Origin: Mobula hypostoma
Lineage: Eukaryota
Reading direction: 5' to 3'
DNA length: 64,000 nt
NCBI RefSeq assembly: GCF_963921235.1
Contig: NC_086100.1
Span: 198,712,001 to 198,776,000, forward strand
A program made the translations under genes and the position numbers. Positions 1 to 12,074 of this stretch are shown here, piece after piece. The number at the start of each line of letters is the position of its first letter. The first letter of the stretch is position 1. The notes below the pieces were generated by a model. It worked only from the letters and a program-made list of their open reading frames with translations. It did not search any database and was not told the origin of the DNA.

Positions 1-94
1 AGAAGGTCCACGAGAATCTGGAAATGTAAGGGTTACATGTGAGAAGTGTTTGGCGGCTCTTAGCCTGTACTCACTGGAGTTTCGCTTGTGAAGT

Positions 95-340
95 TCGAGG
101 TTAAAATGCTGCCAAAGGTGCATCTACTAAATACTGACTTGAAGGGGATGAGTAATTATGCTTATTTTGTGCTTAACAATTGTAATAAATTTAGACCAAT
201 TTGGAGAAATTTGTTTTCACTTTGACAAGAAAGAGTCTTTTCTGTTGATCAGTGTCAAAAAAAAAGCCAGACTAAATCCACTGTGATTTGATGTAGAACA
301 ATAAAACGTGGGGGTGTGGATGCTTTTCATCGGCACTGTA
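95..340. mobile_element. Tc1/mariner-like DNA transposon end fragment
   Basis: Ends ...gggggtgtggatgcttttcatcggcactg|ta, resembling a Tc1 TIR end (CACTG) followed by a TA target. No ORF. Confidence 0.5.
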
Positions 341-344
341 CCTA

Positions 345-780
345 CTCTGGCCGCCCTGTTATAGGAAAGACGTCATTCCTCCACAAAGATCATTCACCAG
401 GATCTGAGGGACTGAGACGAGGGAGAGTTTGGGCAGTGGAATGTAGGAGACTGCCAGGTAACCTTGTCCAAAACCATGAAGGGCACTAATAGGGTGAATG
501 CAAACAGTCTTTTTCCCCAGGGATCATGGGAGGTCGAGATCTAGAGGGCGAATGTTAAAGGTGAGAGGTGAAAATGATTTATTAGGGGCCTGAGGGGCAA
601 CCTTTTCACCCAGGAATGAGTGCTAGAGGAAGTGGTTGAGGTGGGTGCATTTGGATAAGTAGAAGGATAGGAAATGTTTCGAGAGATACAGACCAAATGC
701 AGGCAAACGAGACTGGCTTGGATAGGAATCTGGGCCGGCATGAACCAGTTGGGCCAAAGGGCCTGTTCTCATGCAATAAG
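345..780 (+). mobile_element. CR1 LINE 3' fragment (degenerate)
   Basis: Similar to the 3' ends of the CR1 copies at 5873 and 9695, including the gggccaaagggcctg tail motif. Confidence 0.6.
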
Positions 781-805
781 ACTCTCTGATAGGTTGGAGT
801 GGATC

Positions 806-945
806 ACAGGCCTGACGAAGGGCCTCGACCTGAAATGGCGACTGTCCATTTCCCTCCATAGATGCTGCCTTCCCTGCTGGGTTCCTCCAGCATTTTGTGT
901 GTGTGTTGCTCTGGATTTCCAGCATCTGCAAAATCCCTTGTGTTT
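806..945 (+). mobile_element. Penelope-type terminal fragment with degenerate hammerhead motif
   Basis: CTGACGA-AGGGCCTCGACCT-GAAATGGCGACTG, then the shared gatgctgcc...ttcctccagcattttgtgtgtg...ttccagcatctgca segment seen at the other copies. Confidence 0.65.
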
Positions 946-1205
946 TTGGTACGGCAACTGCTCTGCCCACGACCAAAAGGAACTGCAGAGAGTTGTGGTC
1001 ACAGCTCAGTGCATCACAGAAACCAGCCTCCCCTCCACGGGCTCTGGCTACACTTCTTGCTGCCTCGATAAGGCAGCCAGCATCGTCAAAGACCCCACCC
1101 ACCCCGGACTTTCTCTCTTCTCCCTTCTCCCTCATCGGGAAGAAGATACAGAAAGCACGTACCACCAGGCTCGGGAACAACTTCGACACTGCTCCAGGAG
1201 TGTGT
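946..1205 (+). mobile_element. Rex1/Babar LINE 3' fragment
   Basis: WYGNCSAHDQKELQRVV..AQCI...CLDKAASIVKDPTHPG.SLF..LP is typical of the Rex1 C-terminus. Confidence 0.7.
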
Positions 1206-1344
1206 GACGGAACAAGGTAAGAGGTTAGAGAGCCTGAGAAGACTCCTTTCGTTCCGGTGTGACAGGACAGAGTCATGAGCCAGTGTCACGAGCCAGAGTG
1301 TCCTCTGCGCCCTCAGATTCCGATCCTTGTACTCTGCGCTTCCT

Positions 1345-1665
1345 GTTAGCTTTATTTGTCACCTGTATATTGAAACATCGAAACATACAGTGAAACCTGT
1401 CGACTGCATCAACCAGCAACCAACACAGTCCAAGGATGAGCTGGGGGCAGCCTGCAATTGTCTGGCACCAACATCGCAGGGCCACAGCTCACAGGCACTA
1501 ACCTCTACGTCTTCAGAATGTGAGAGGAAACCAGAGCACCCGGAGGAAACCGAGTCACGGGAAGAATGTACTAACTCGGTCCCGACAGCGGCAGGAATTA
1601 ACCTGGAACGGTGACCTCCAGCACTGTAAAGGCATTGCGCTAACTGCCATCCTAATTACAGTACC
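1345..1665 (-). mobile_element. tRNA-derived V-SINE (HE1-like)
   Basis: Reverse complement contains the V-domain core ggtttcctccgggtgctctggtttcctc. Same core in the other copies. Confidence 0.7.
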
Positions 1666-2334
1666 GTCTGCGATGGGTGGCTTGGGGAGTCGAAGGAGAA
1701 TAAAACAGCTCCCAGTGACTCACCACACTGAGACAGATCTGCGTGTTTACTGCAGCCAGTGCACACCATCAATATTTAACGGCAGACCTGGCAGTGACCC
1801 CGGCACCTGCCATTCACTTGTCAGCTAGAGACAGCATCTGGCTGGGCTGTTCAGTGACAGACTGCCAGGGGCATGAAGCACAAATTTAATGGATCACTTC
1901 CTCCAACTCGGATGGGGGAGGGCACGGTGGAACCGTCTGCAATCTCAGCAATGTCACCCACCCACCCAAATACAGGGGTTCCGGGGTTTCACTGGGTTCG
2001 GCTGGTCCCTCCCTCGGTGCTGCCCCCTGGTGTTCGCTCAGGGGAAGGCCAGCCGGATTGCGTCCATCTGTTGTGCGTTTGCATGAGACGGGGAACTTGT
2101 TCGTGGCTCCGGGACACATCCATACAGGACATGACACTCAGGGACTTTGGCTAGATTACTTCTTGATTTTTTTTTAACTGCACATTGTTCTGCAATCATA
2201 ATTATACGTGCTTTATGTGCTGTGTGCGACTATTGGTTCTGTGTTTCACACCCTGACCCCAAAGGACTGTTGTTTTGTTTGGCTGTATACACGGGTATGG
2301 TTGAATGACAAGAAACTTGAATTAAGTTGAACTT

Positions 2335-3232
2335 TATATATAGAATATAACAGATCCCAGGAGTGGGTTACAGGCTGGGATCTAATACAGGGGTTCAGGG
2401 GTTTATATATAGAATATAACAGATCCCTGTGAGTGGGTTACATGCTGGGATCTAATGCAAGGGTTCAGAAGTTTATATAATGAAAATAACACATCTCTGT
2501 GAACGGGTTACAAGCTGGGATCTAATCCAGAGTTTCGGGGTTTATATATAGAAAATAACACTTCCCTGTGAGTGGGTTACAGGCTGGGGTCTAATCCAGG
2601 AGTTTGGGGTTTATATATAGGATATAACAGATCCCTGTGAATGGGTTACAATCTGGGATCTAGTACAGGAGTTCGAGGTTTATCTATAGAATATAACAGA
2701 TCCCTGTGAGTGGGTTACAGGCTGGGGTATAATCCAGGGGTTCAGGGGTTTATATATAGAATATAACAGATCCCTGTGAGTGGGTTACATGCTGGGATCT
2801 AATGCAAGGATTCAGAATTCTATATAATGAAAATAACACATCTCTGTGAATGGGTTACAAGCTGGGATCTAATCCAGAGTTTTGGGGTTTATATATAGAA
2901 AATAACACTTCCCTGTGAGTGGGTTACAGGCTGGGGTTTAATCCAGGGGTTTGGGGTTTATATATAGGATATAACAGATCCCTGTGAATGGGTTACATGC
3001 TGGGGTCTAATCCAGGGGTTCGGGGTTTATATATAGAATATTACAGATCCCTGTGAGTGGGTTACAGGCTGCGGTCTAATCCAGGGGTTTGGGGTTTATA
3101 TATAGGATATAACAGATCCCTGTGAGTGGGTTACAGGCTGGGGTCTAATCCAGGGGTTTGGGGTTTATATATAGGATATAACAGATCCCTGTGAGTGGGT
3201 TACATGCTGGGATCTAATACAGGAGTTTGGGT
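2335..3232. repeat. ~58-bp tandem minisatellite, ~15 units (tttatatatagaatataacagatccctgtgagtgggttacaggctgggatctaatccaggggttcgggg)
   Basis: Direct head-to-tail units with no unique spacers. A block of variant units near 2420-2640 recurs ~347 bp downstream. Confidence 0.95.
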
Positions 3233-3402
3233 GTTTAAACCATTAGACCATAAGCTATAGGAGCAGATTTAGGCCATTTGGCCCATCGAGTCTGCTCCAA
3301 CATATCTGATCCATTTTTCTCTCAGCCCCAATCTCCTGCCTTCTCCCCGTATCCCTTCATGCCCTGAACCATCAAGGATCTATCAAACTCTGCCTTAAAT
3401 AT

Positions 3403-5266
3403 CATCATCATCATCATCATCAGGTGCCGTGCCCAGTTTGAGCTTTGACTGCCATGGCCCACACACTCCTGTTTTGGGTCAAGTAGATCAATTCATTGGT
3501 ATTCATTTCCAGTTCTCTGGCTGCTGTCTCCATCATCATTTGTCTTTGCCTTCCTCTTGCGTTCTTCCCTCCAATCTTTCCCATAATTACCGTGCATTCT
3601 AACTCCTCTTTCCTAATCACATGTCCAATGAAGTTACGTTGCCTTTTCATGATCTCATACATTATTTCTCTTTTTGTGCCTGCTCTGTTCATGACATCCT
3701 CGTTAGATATTCGTTTCGTTTTGTCCATGATATTCTTTGCATCCTCCTCAAAAACCACATCTCTGCTGCTTCAATTCGTTTCCTCATATTACCAGATATC
3801 GTCCAACATTCTGAGCCATATAACATAACTGAATAAACGAAACATTTCAGTACTCTGAGGCGGGTTGTCATGCCTAGTTTTGTGTTAGTCAGTATACTCT
3901 TCATTCTCGTAAAGGTGTTTTTTGCCATCCCTATTCTTCTTTTGATGTTCATGTCGCACCTGCCATCGGATCTCACCCAGCTTCCTAAGTAGCAAAAGTT
4001 CTGTACTTGTTTTATGTCTTCCCCGTTTATTCTCAGCCTGCAGATGGGATTCTCCTTCTTTTTGGATATTACCATACATTCTGTCCTTTTGTAATTGATA
4101 GATAGACCCATTTTTGCACTTTCTTCAACAATTATATCAATTAAGTTTTGTAGTTCTTCCTCCGTACTTGCAATTAACACAGTGTCATCCGCATATCTAA
4201 AATTATCGATGTTTTCACCGCCAACTTTGATTCCTAAAATGTCTCTTATTTTTTGTAATATTGTTTCACTGTACACATTAAACAAATCAAGGGAGAAAGC
4301 ACACCCTTGTCTAACGCCTCTCTTGATTTTTGTAAACTGACTCACTTCTCCATCTATTCTTACAGCGGCAGTTTATTCCCAGTACAGATTTCTGATTAGG
4401 CGGAGGTCTTCCGAATCTAGATCTAGAATTTCCTGTAATATTTCAAATAACTTATTGTGGTTCACTTTATCAAATGCTTTTGTGGAGTCGATTAAACGAA
4501 CAAACAAATCTTTTTGCACTTGAATAGCTTGTTCTGATAGTATCCTTAACATCAATATCGTGTTTTTTGTACCTTTGTCTTTCACAAAACCACATTGTTC
4601 TTTACCTATTTCAGCTTGTATCTTACTTTTAGCTAATTCCCATGATGTTAATCTTTAGTCTTTCCATTTCATTTATCACATTGTCCAATCTTCCTGCTTG
4701 ATATAGGGTCCTTACATTCCAAGTGGCAATAATTTTCTTTTGTGTTACTTGAATTTTATGGGCAGTAGTTTGATGACAGTCAGGGATCCCCTGCTGACCA
4801 GAATTAACCCTACCGAGCGAAGCATCTTCAGAATTGTCTTGAAGATCCTCTTGACGCTGTTGTTGTGTGATACATTTTGTGAATTTGGCCATGGTTTTCT
4901 TAGCAAATAGATTCTAGGAAACCTAGTATCTCGCAACGGTGGTTTGCTATTGCCTTCCGTTGGGCGAACTAAAGAAATCACCATTTCTCTTCCCAAATGT
5001 TCATCCGCCTGTACTATAGCCGTTGACATTTGAGGTTCTAGCTCATCCACCTTCTTCGTCATAAGTTCAGTTACTGAACCTGCCGGATCTGCAGTTTGCC
5101 TATGCTCGTATCCTGAGCAGGAACCCTTGCAGGTGCTACTGTTCCGGGTCAGAGCGGCCCTGGGAGCAGTGAATGACTAAGGGGTAACTCCACTTTCCCC
5201 AAAGCTCTGAAAGTCCCCAATCAGAGCCTCATCACTGGGTGCAGTTTAGAGTTATACCCAGGACCG
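3403..5266 (-). mobile_element. RTE-clade LINE, internally deleted, with 5' UTR, (GAT)n tail and 11-bp TSD
   Basis: ATWNVRTL endonuclease start, RT GVRQGC...RYADD and RTE C-terminal GKIGGKNARGRQR. (CAT)n at ~3403-3420. gccttaaatat duplicated at 3392-3402 and 5267-5277. Confidence 0.92.
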
Positions 5267-5869
5267 GCCTTAAATATACCTAATAAACTGGCCTCCACAG
5301 CTGCCTGTGGCAAAGAATTCCACAGATTCACCCACTCTCTGGCTAAAGAAATTCCTCCTCATCTCCATTCTAAAAGGACGCCCCTCTATTCTGAGGCTGT
5401 GTCTTCTGGTCTTAGACTCTCCCACCATAGGAAACATCCTCTCCACATCCACTCTATCAAGGCCTTTCACCATTCAATAGGTTTCAATTAGGTCACCCCT
5501 CATACTTCGATTTTTTAGTGAATACAGGCCCAGATCCTTCAAACACTCTTCATATGACAGTCCATTCAATCTTGGAATCATTTTTGTGAACCTACTTAAA
5601 ACTCTCCAGTTTCAGCACACTCTTTCTAAGATGGGGCCCAAAACTGCTCACAATACTCCAAGTGAGGCCTCACCAGTGCCTTATAAAGTCTCAACAGTAT
5701 ATCCTTCCTTTTATATTCTAGTCTTCTCAAAATGAATGCTAACAATGCATTCCCCTTCCTCACCACAGACTGAAACTGCAAAGTAACCTTTCGGGAGTCC
5801 TGCACAAGGACTCCCAAGTCCCTTTGAAGCTCAGCGTTTTGTATTATCTCTCCATTCAGAAAATAGTCA

Positions 5870-6795
5870 CCCGTGGGGGTAGAAGGGTGGGTTGGCAAGT
5901 TTGCAGACGACACAAAGGTTGGTGGTGTTGTAGATAGTGTAGAGGATTGTCAAAGATTGCAGAGAGACATTGATAGGATGCAGAAGTGGGCTGAGAAATG
6001 GCAGATGAAGTTCAACCCGGAGAAGTGTGAGGTGGTACACTTTGGAAGGAGAAACTCCAAGGCAGAGTACAAAGTAAATGGCAGGATACTTGGTAGTGTG
6101 GAGGAGCAGAGGGATCTCAGGGTACATGTCCACAGATCTCTGAAAGTTGCCTCACAGGTGGATAGGGTAATTAAGAAAGCTTATGTGGTGTTAGCTTTCA
6201 TAAGTCGAGGGATAGAGTTTAAGAGTCGCGATGTAATGATGCAGCTCTATAAAACTCTGGTTAGGCCACACTTGGAGTACTGTGTCCAGTTCTGGTCACC
6301 TCACTATAGGAAGGATATGGAAGCATTGGAAAGGGTGCCGAGGAGATTTACCAGGATGCTGCCTGGTTTAGAAAGTATGCATTATGATCAGAGATTAAGG
6401 GAGCTAGGGCTTTACTCTTTGGAGAGAAGGAGGATGAGAGGAGACATGATAGAGGTGTACAAGATAATAAGAGGAATAGATAGAGTGGATAGCCAGCGCC
6501 TCCTCCCCAGGGCACCACTGCTCAATACAAGAGGACGTGGTTTTAAGGTAAGGGGTGGGACGTTCAAGGGGGATACTAGAGGAAGGTTTTTTACTCAGAG
6601 AGTGGTTGGTGCGTGGAATGCACTGCCTGAGTCAGTGGTGGAGGCAGATACACTAGTGAAGTTTAAGAGACTACCAGACAGGTATATGGAGGAATATAAG
6701 GTGGGGGCTTATATGGGAGGCAGGGTTTGAGGGTCGGCACAACATTGTGGGCCAAAGGGCCTGTACTGTGCTGTACTATTCTATGTTCTATGTTT
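5870..6795 (+). mobile_element. Young 5'-truncated CR1 LINE (285-aa RT C-terminal ORF)
   Basis: [35 protein letters not shown] and a (TTCTATG)n tail. Confidence 0.95.
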
Positions 6796-7414
6796 CATTT
6801 CTTCTACCAAAGAACATAACCATACACTTCCCGACACTGTATTCCATCTGCCTGACTACGGCCTATTTTATCATGCATCTCCAAGTACCCTGAGGCCTCA
6901 TCCTTAACAATCGAATTCAACATCTTCCCAACCACTGAGATCAGACTAGCTGACTTATAGTTTCCTCTCTTCTGCCTCTCTCCCTTCTTGAAGAGTGGAG
7001 TGACATTTGCAATTTTCCAGTCTTTTGGAACCATTCCAGAATCTAGCGATTCTTGGAAGATCATTACTAATGCCTCCACAATCTCTTAAGCCTCCTCTTT
7101 CAGAACTCTTGGGTGTAGACCATCGGGTCCAGGTGACTTATCTACCTTCAAACCTTTCAGTTTCCCAAGAACCTTCTCTATAGTTATGGTGACTTCCCAT
7201 ACTTCATGACCCCTGACCCCTGGAACTTCCGCCATCATGCTCGTGTCTTCCAAAATGCTAAATACTTATTCAGTTCGTCTGCCATTTCCCTTTTCCCCAT
7301 GACTACCTCTCCAATATCATTTTCCAGCAGTCCGATATCCACTCTCGCCTCTCTTTATGTATCTGAAGAAACTTCTGGCAACTTCTTTAATATTATTGGC
7401 TAGCTTACTTTTGG

Positions 7415-7622
7415 TATTCTTTGCCACAGGCAGCTGTGGAGGCCGAGTCTTTATGTATATTTAAGGCAGTGTTTGATATATTCCTGATTTAGGGCATGAA
7501 GGGATACGTGAGGAAGGCAGGAGATTGGGGCTGAGAGAAAAATTGGATCAGCCATGATGAAATAGCAGAGCAGACTCGATGGGCCAAATGGCCTAATTCT
7601 GCTATATTTTATGGTCATGGTA
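7415..7622 (+). mobile_element. CR1 3' tail inserted into the older CR1
   Basis: cagctgtggaggcc...gatcagccatgat...ggcctaattctgct tail, flanked by a repeated ggtattc. Confidence 0.6.
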
Positions 7623-9437
7623 TTCCATCTTTACCTTCGCAATGACTTTTTAGTTGCCTTCTGTTGGGTTTTAAGGGCTTCCCAATCCTCTAACTTCCCA
7701 CTAATTTTTGCTCTATTAAATACCCTTTCATTATGTTGTCTTTGACTTCTCTTGTTAGCCACGATTGTGTCTTCTCTCCTTTAGAATACTTCTTCCTCTT
7801 TGGGATGAGTATATCCTGTACCTTCCGAATTGCTTCCAGAAATTCCAGCCGTTGCTGCTCTGCCGTCATCCCTGCCAGTGTTCTTTGCTAAACAATTCCA
7901 GCCAATTCCTCTCTCGTGCCTCTACGATTCCCTTTATTCCACTGTAATACTGATACATCTGACTAGCTTCTCTTTCTCAAATTTCAGGGTGAATTGATCA
8001 TATTATGATTACTTTTCACCTAAGGGTTCTTTTACCTTAAGCTCCCTGATCAATTCTAGTTCAATACATTACACACACATCAGAACAGCTGATCCCCTGG
8101 TGGGTGCCACCACCAGCTGCTCTAAAAAACCATCTCTTAGGCACTTTAGAAATCCCTCTCTTGGAATCCAGCACCGACCTGATTTTCCCAATCTATCAGC
8201 ATATTGAAATCCTCCATGACTATTGTAACATTGCCCTTTTGGCATGCATTTTCTATTTCCCGTCGATACTTGTAGACCACATCCTTATGACTGTTTGAGA
8301 GTCTGTACACAACTCCCATCAGGGTTTTTTTTAACCCTTGCAGTTCCTTAGCTCTATCCAAAATGATTCAACATCTTCTGACCCCATGTCACCTCTTTCT
8401 CAATATTTTATTTCATTTTTACCAACAGAACAATGCCACCTCCTCTGCCTACCTGCCTGTCCTTAGAATACAATGTGTATCTTTGGACATTGAGCTTCCA
8501 GCTATAATCTTCTTTCAGCCATGATTCAGTGATGCCTACAATACCACATTTGCCCATCAATAACTGTGCTACAAGTTCACCGACCTTATTCATCATACTG
8601 CACGCATTCAAATAGAACACCTTCAGTCCTGTATTGACCTCGTTCGCCTTTCACATTGCAATTCATCCTGTTGACTGCAATTCTGTCCTATCAACAGCCT
8701 CTCCTTGCTAGAAGTCTCACTACACATTGCCCCTGTTTGTAAACTAACTACCTCATCTTCAGCACTGTCACTCTGGTTCCCACCCCACTGCCAAATTAGT
8801 TAAAACCTGCCTGAACAGCCCTAGTCAAACTGTCCGCAAGGATATTGGACCCCCTCGGGTTCAGGTGTAACCTATCCCTTTTGTACAGGTCACCTTCTCC
8901 AGAAGAGATCCCCATGATCCCTAAATCTGAACCCCTGCCCCCTGTACGAGTTCCTCAGCCACACATTCATCTGCCAACTCATCCTATTCTTACCCTCACT
9001 GGCATGTGACACAGGCAGCCATCCAGTGATTGCTACCCTGGAGGTCCTGTTTCTCAGTTTTCTACCTCGCTCCCTAAAATCTCTCTTCAGGACATCTTCA
9101 CCTTGTCTACCTATGTCATTGGTGCCAGTATGTACCAAGACTTCTGCTCACCCTTGCCCTTGAGAATGCCATGGATCCGATCCGAGACATCCCTGATCCT
9201 GGCACCAGGGAGGCAACATACCATCCGGGTGTCCCTATCGTGCCCACATAACCTCGTCTCTGTTCCTCTGACTGTGGAATCTCCTATCACCCCTCTTCAC
9301 CTTCCCCGCTCTTCTTCACGGCACCAGACTCAGTGCCAGAGACCCAGTCACTGTGGCTCTCCCCAGCTGGTTATCCCTCTCAATAAAGTTGTATAATTAC
9401 TATTGAGGCCACAAGTCTGCTTTGTACTGCTGGGCAT

Positions 9438-9640
9438 TTTATATATAGAATGACATACCTATGTATCTATTAAATATAGAATAACAGATCCCTGAGAGGA
9501 GGTTACAGGTTGGGATCTAATCCAGGGGTTCAGGGGTTTATATACAGAATAACAGATCCCTGAGAGTGGGTTACAGATTGGGATCTAATCCAGGGGTTCG
9601 GGGGAGGGGAGATTATATACAATAACAGATCCCAGGGAGC
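9438..9640. repeat. Remnant of the same ~58-bp minisatellite as 2335-3232
   Basis: aataacagatccctgagagtgggttacagattgggatctaatccaggggtt units in the same orientation. Confidence 0.9.
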
Positions 9641-9694
9641 TATCAATCTGAATCTGAATCTGCTGGCTGTTTTACCAGGGCAGTGAGAAGTGTA

Positions 9695-11240
9695 GACCAA
9701 GTCCCCAGAGCCTGATGGAATATTCCCCAGGCTGCTCCATGAGGTGAGGGAAGAGATTGCTGAGCCTCTGGCTAGGATCTTTATGTCCTCGTTGTCCACG
9801 GGAATGGTACTGGAGGATTGGAGGGAGGCGAATGTTGTCCCCTTGTTCAAAAAAGGCAGTAGGGATTGTCCGGGTAATTATAGACCAGTGAGCCTTACGT
9901 CTGTGTGGGAAAGCTGTTGGAAAAGATTATTAGAGATAGGATTTATGGGCATTTAGAGAATCGTGGTCTGATCAGGGACAGTCAGCATGGCTTTGTGAAG
10001 GGCAGGTCATGTCTAACAAGCCTGGTAGAGTTCTTTGAGGAGGTGACCAGGCATATAGATGAGGGTAGTGTAGTGGATGTGATCTGTATGGATTTTAGTA
10101 AGGCACTTGACAAGGTTCCACACGGTAGGCTTATTCAGAAAGTTAGAAGGCATGGGATCCAGGGAAGTTTGGCCAGGTGGATTCAGGATTGTCTTACCTG
10201 CAGAAGGCAGAAGGTGGTGGTGGAGGGAGTACATTCAGATTGGAGGATTGTGACTAGTGGTATCCCACAAGGATCTGTTCTGGGACCTCTACTTTTTGTG
10301 ATTTTTATTAACGACCTGGATGTGGGGGTAGAAGGGTGGGTTGGCAAGTTTGCAGATGGCTCAAAGGTTGGTGGTGTTGTAGATAGTGTAGAGGATTGTC
10401 AAAGATCGCAGAGAGACATTGATAGGATGCAGAGGTGGGCTGAGAAGTTGCAGATGGAGTTCAACCCGGAGAAGTGTGAGGTGGTACACTTTGGAAGGAC
10501 AAACTCCAAGGCAGAGTACAAAGTAAATGGCAGGATACTTGGTAGTGTGGAGGAGCAGAGGGATCTCGGGGTACATGTCCACAGATCCCTGAAAGTTGCC
10601 TCACAGGTAGATAGGGTAGTTAAGAAAGCTTATGGGGTGTTAGCTTTCATAAGTCGAGGTATAGAGTTTAAGAGTCGCGATGTAATGATGCAGCTCTATA
10701 AAACTCTGGTTAGGCCACACTTGGAGTACTGTGTCCAGTTCTGGTCACCTCACTATAGGAAGGATATGGAAGCATTGGAAAGGGTACAGAGGAGATTTAC
10801 CAGGATGCTGCCTGGTTTAGAGAGTATGCATTATGATCAGAGATTAAGGGAGCTAGGGCTTTACTCTTTGGCGAGGAGGAGGATGAGAGGAGACATGATA
10901 GAGGTGTACAAGATGATAAGAGGAATAGATAGAGTGGACAGCCAGTGCCTCTTCCCCAGGGCACCACTGCTCAATACAAGAGGACATGGCTTTAAGGTAA
11001 GAGGTGGGAAGTTCAAGGGGGATATTAGAGGAAGGTTTTTTACTCAGAGAGTGGTTGGTGCGTGGAATGCACTGCCCGAGTCAGTGGTGGAGGCAGATAC
11101 ACTAGTGAAGTTTAAGAGACCACTAGACAGGTATATGGAGGAATTTAAGGTGGGGGGTTATATGGGAGGCAGGGTTTGAGGTTTGGCACAACATTGTGGG
11201 CTGAAGGGCCTGTAATGTGCTGTACTATTCTATGTTCTAT
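9695..11240 (+). mobile_element. Young 5'-truncated CR1 LINE (424-aa RT ORF 9905-11179), same subfamily as 5870-6795
   Basis: QHGF.KGRSC, DFSKA.DKVPH, GIPQGSVLGP and KFADG (catalytic DD mutated to DG). (TTCTATG)n tail. Nearly identical to the 5873 copy. Confidence 0.95.
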
Positions 11241-11352
11241 GAGTCCAAAGTTGGCTGGGTGATAAGAAAGAGAGGGTGGTGAATGATCATTTCTCTGTGA
11301 CCAGTGATGGACCACAGGGAGCAGTGCTGGGTCACTTGTGGTTTGTGAAGTA

Positions 11353-11836
11353 TACTCAGTGGCCACTTTATTAGGTACACCTGTACACCTCATTAATGCA
11401 AATATCTAATCAGCCAATCACGTGACAGCAACTCAATGTATAAAAGCATGCAGACATGGTCAAGAGGTTCAGCTGTTGTTCAGACCAAGCATCAGAATGG
11501 GGAGGAAATGTGATCTAAGTGACTTTGACTGTGCAATGGTTGGTGTCAGACAGGGAGGTTTGAGTACCTCAGAAACTACTGATCGCCTGGAATTTTCATA
11601 CACAACAGTCCTGAGGAAGGTCAGAGAGAATGGCCAGACTGGTTCAAGCTGACAGGAAATTGACAGTAACTCAGATAACCATGTTTTACAACAGTGGTGT
11701 GCAGAGGAGCAATCTGGGTGGACAACACATTGAAATTTGAAGTGGACGGCCTACGGCACTATAGGAACAGAAACACACACTCAGTGGCCACTTCATTAGG
11801 AACAGGAGGTATCTTATAGAGTGGCCAGTGGGTGTA
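11353..11836 (+). mobile_element. Non-autonomous Tc1-like DNA transposon
   Basis: TIR ctcagtggccactttattaggtac and its degenerate inverse near 11810-11834, TA flanks, and a transposase N-terminal HTH remnant MGRKCDLSDFD...LSTSET. Confidence 0.8.
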
Positions 11837-12074
11837 TATTATTGAGTGAGGAGTGACAGTGAGAGATAGGGTCAGCAAGCCTGTGGATGACACAGAAGTC
11901 AGCGACGTTGGGAACAGTGAGGAGGCTGTCAAAAACTGCACCTCGGTGGAGAACTGTCAAGTGGAAGATCATCCTGGGAGCTTATGGCTTTTGGGAGGTC
12001 AAATTCTGGCAGTATATGTAACATGGCATGAAGGAGGCTTCGTCTCGAAAGAGGCGTTGGCTCTGGGTAAGCTT

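Larger units (their letters stand above)
3240..9400 (-). mobile_element. Large degenerate CR1 LINE (3' tail at 3240; ORF2 endonuclease/RT remnants; ORF1 esterase remnant), interrupted by younger insertions
   Basis: Minus-strand peptides VHTGTNDIGR (SGNH esterase ORF1), YLNACS..NK...GITESWL (APE), DWKIANVTPLFKKG and [13 protein letters not shown]. Many stops and frameshifts. Confidence 0.85.

Noticed and set aside
1165..1205. Peptide QAREQLRHCSRS resembling HSPA12B QAREQLRRSRHS
   Set aside because: It is an off-frame reading of the Rex1 3' motif accaccaggctc.ggaaca.cttc. The true exon is at 52350-52436, so this is coincidence.
2335..3232. CRISPR-like regular array
   Set aside because: Units are head-to-tail with no unique spacers, there are no cas genes, and the context is eukaryotic. 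It is a minisatellite.
9905..11179. Functional host or domesticated reverse transcriptase gene
   Set aside because: It is a 5'-truncated CR1 with a frameshift upstream, a mutated catalytic DD and a typical LINE tail.
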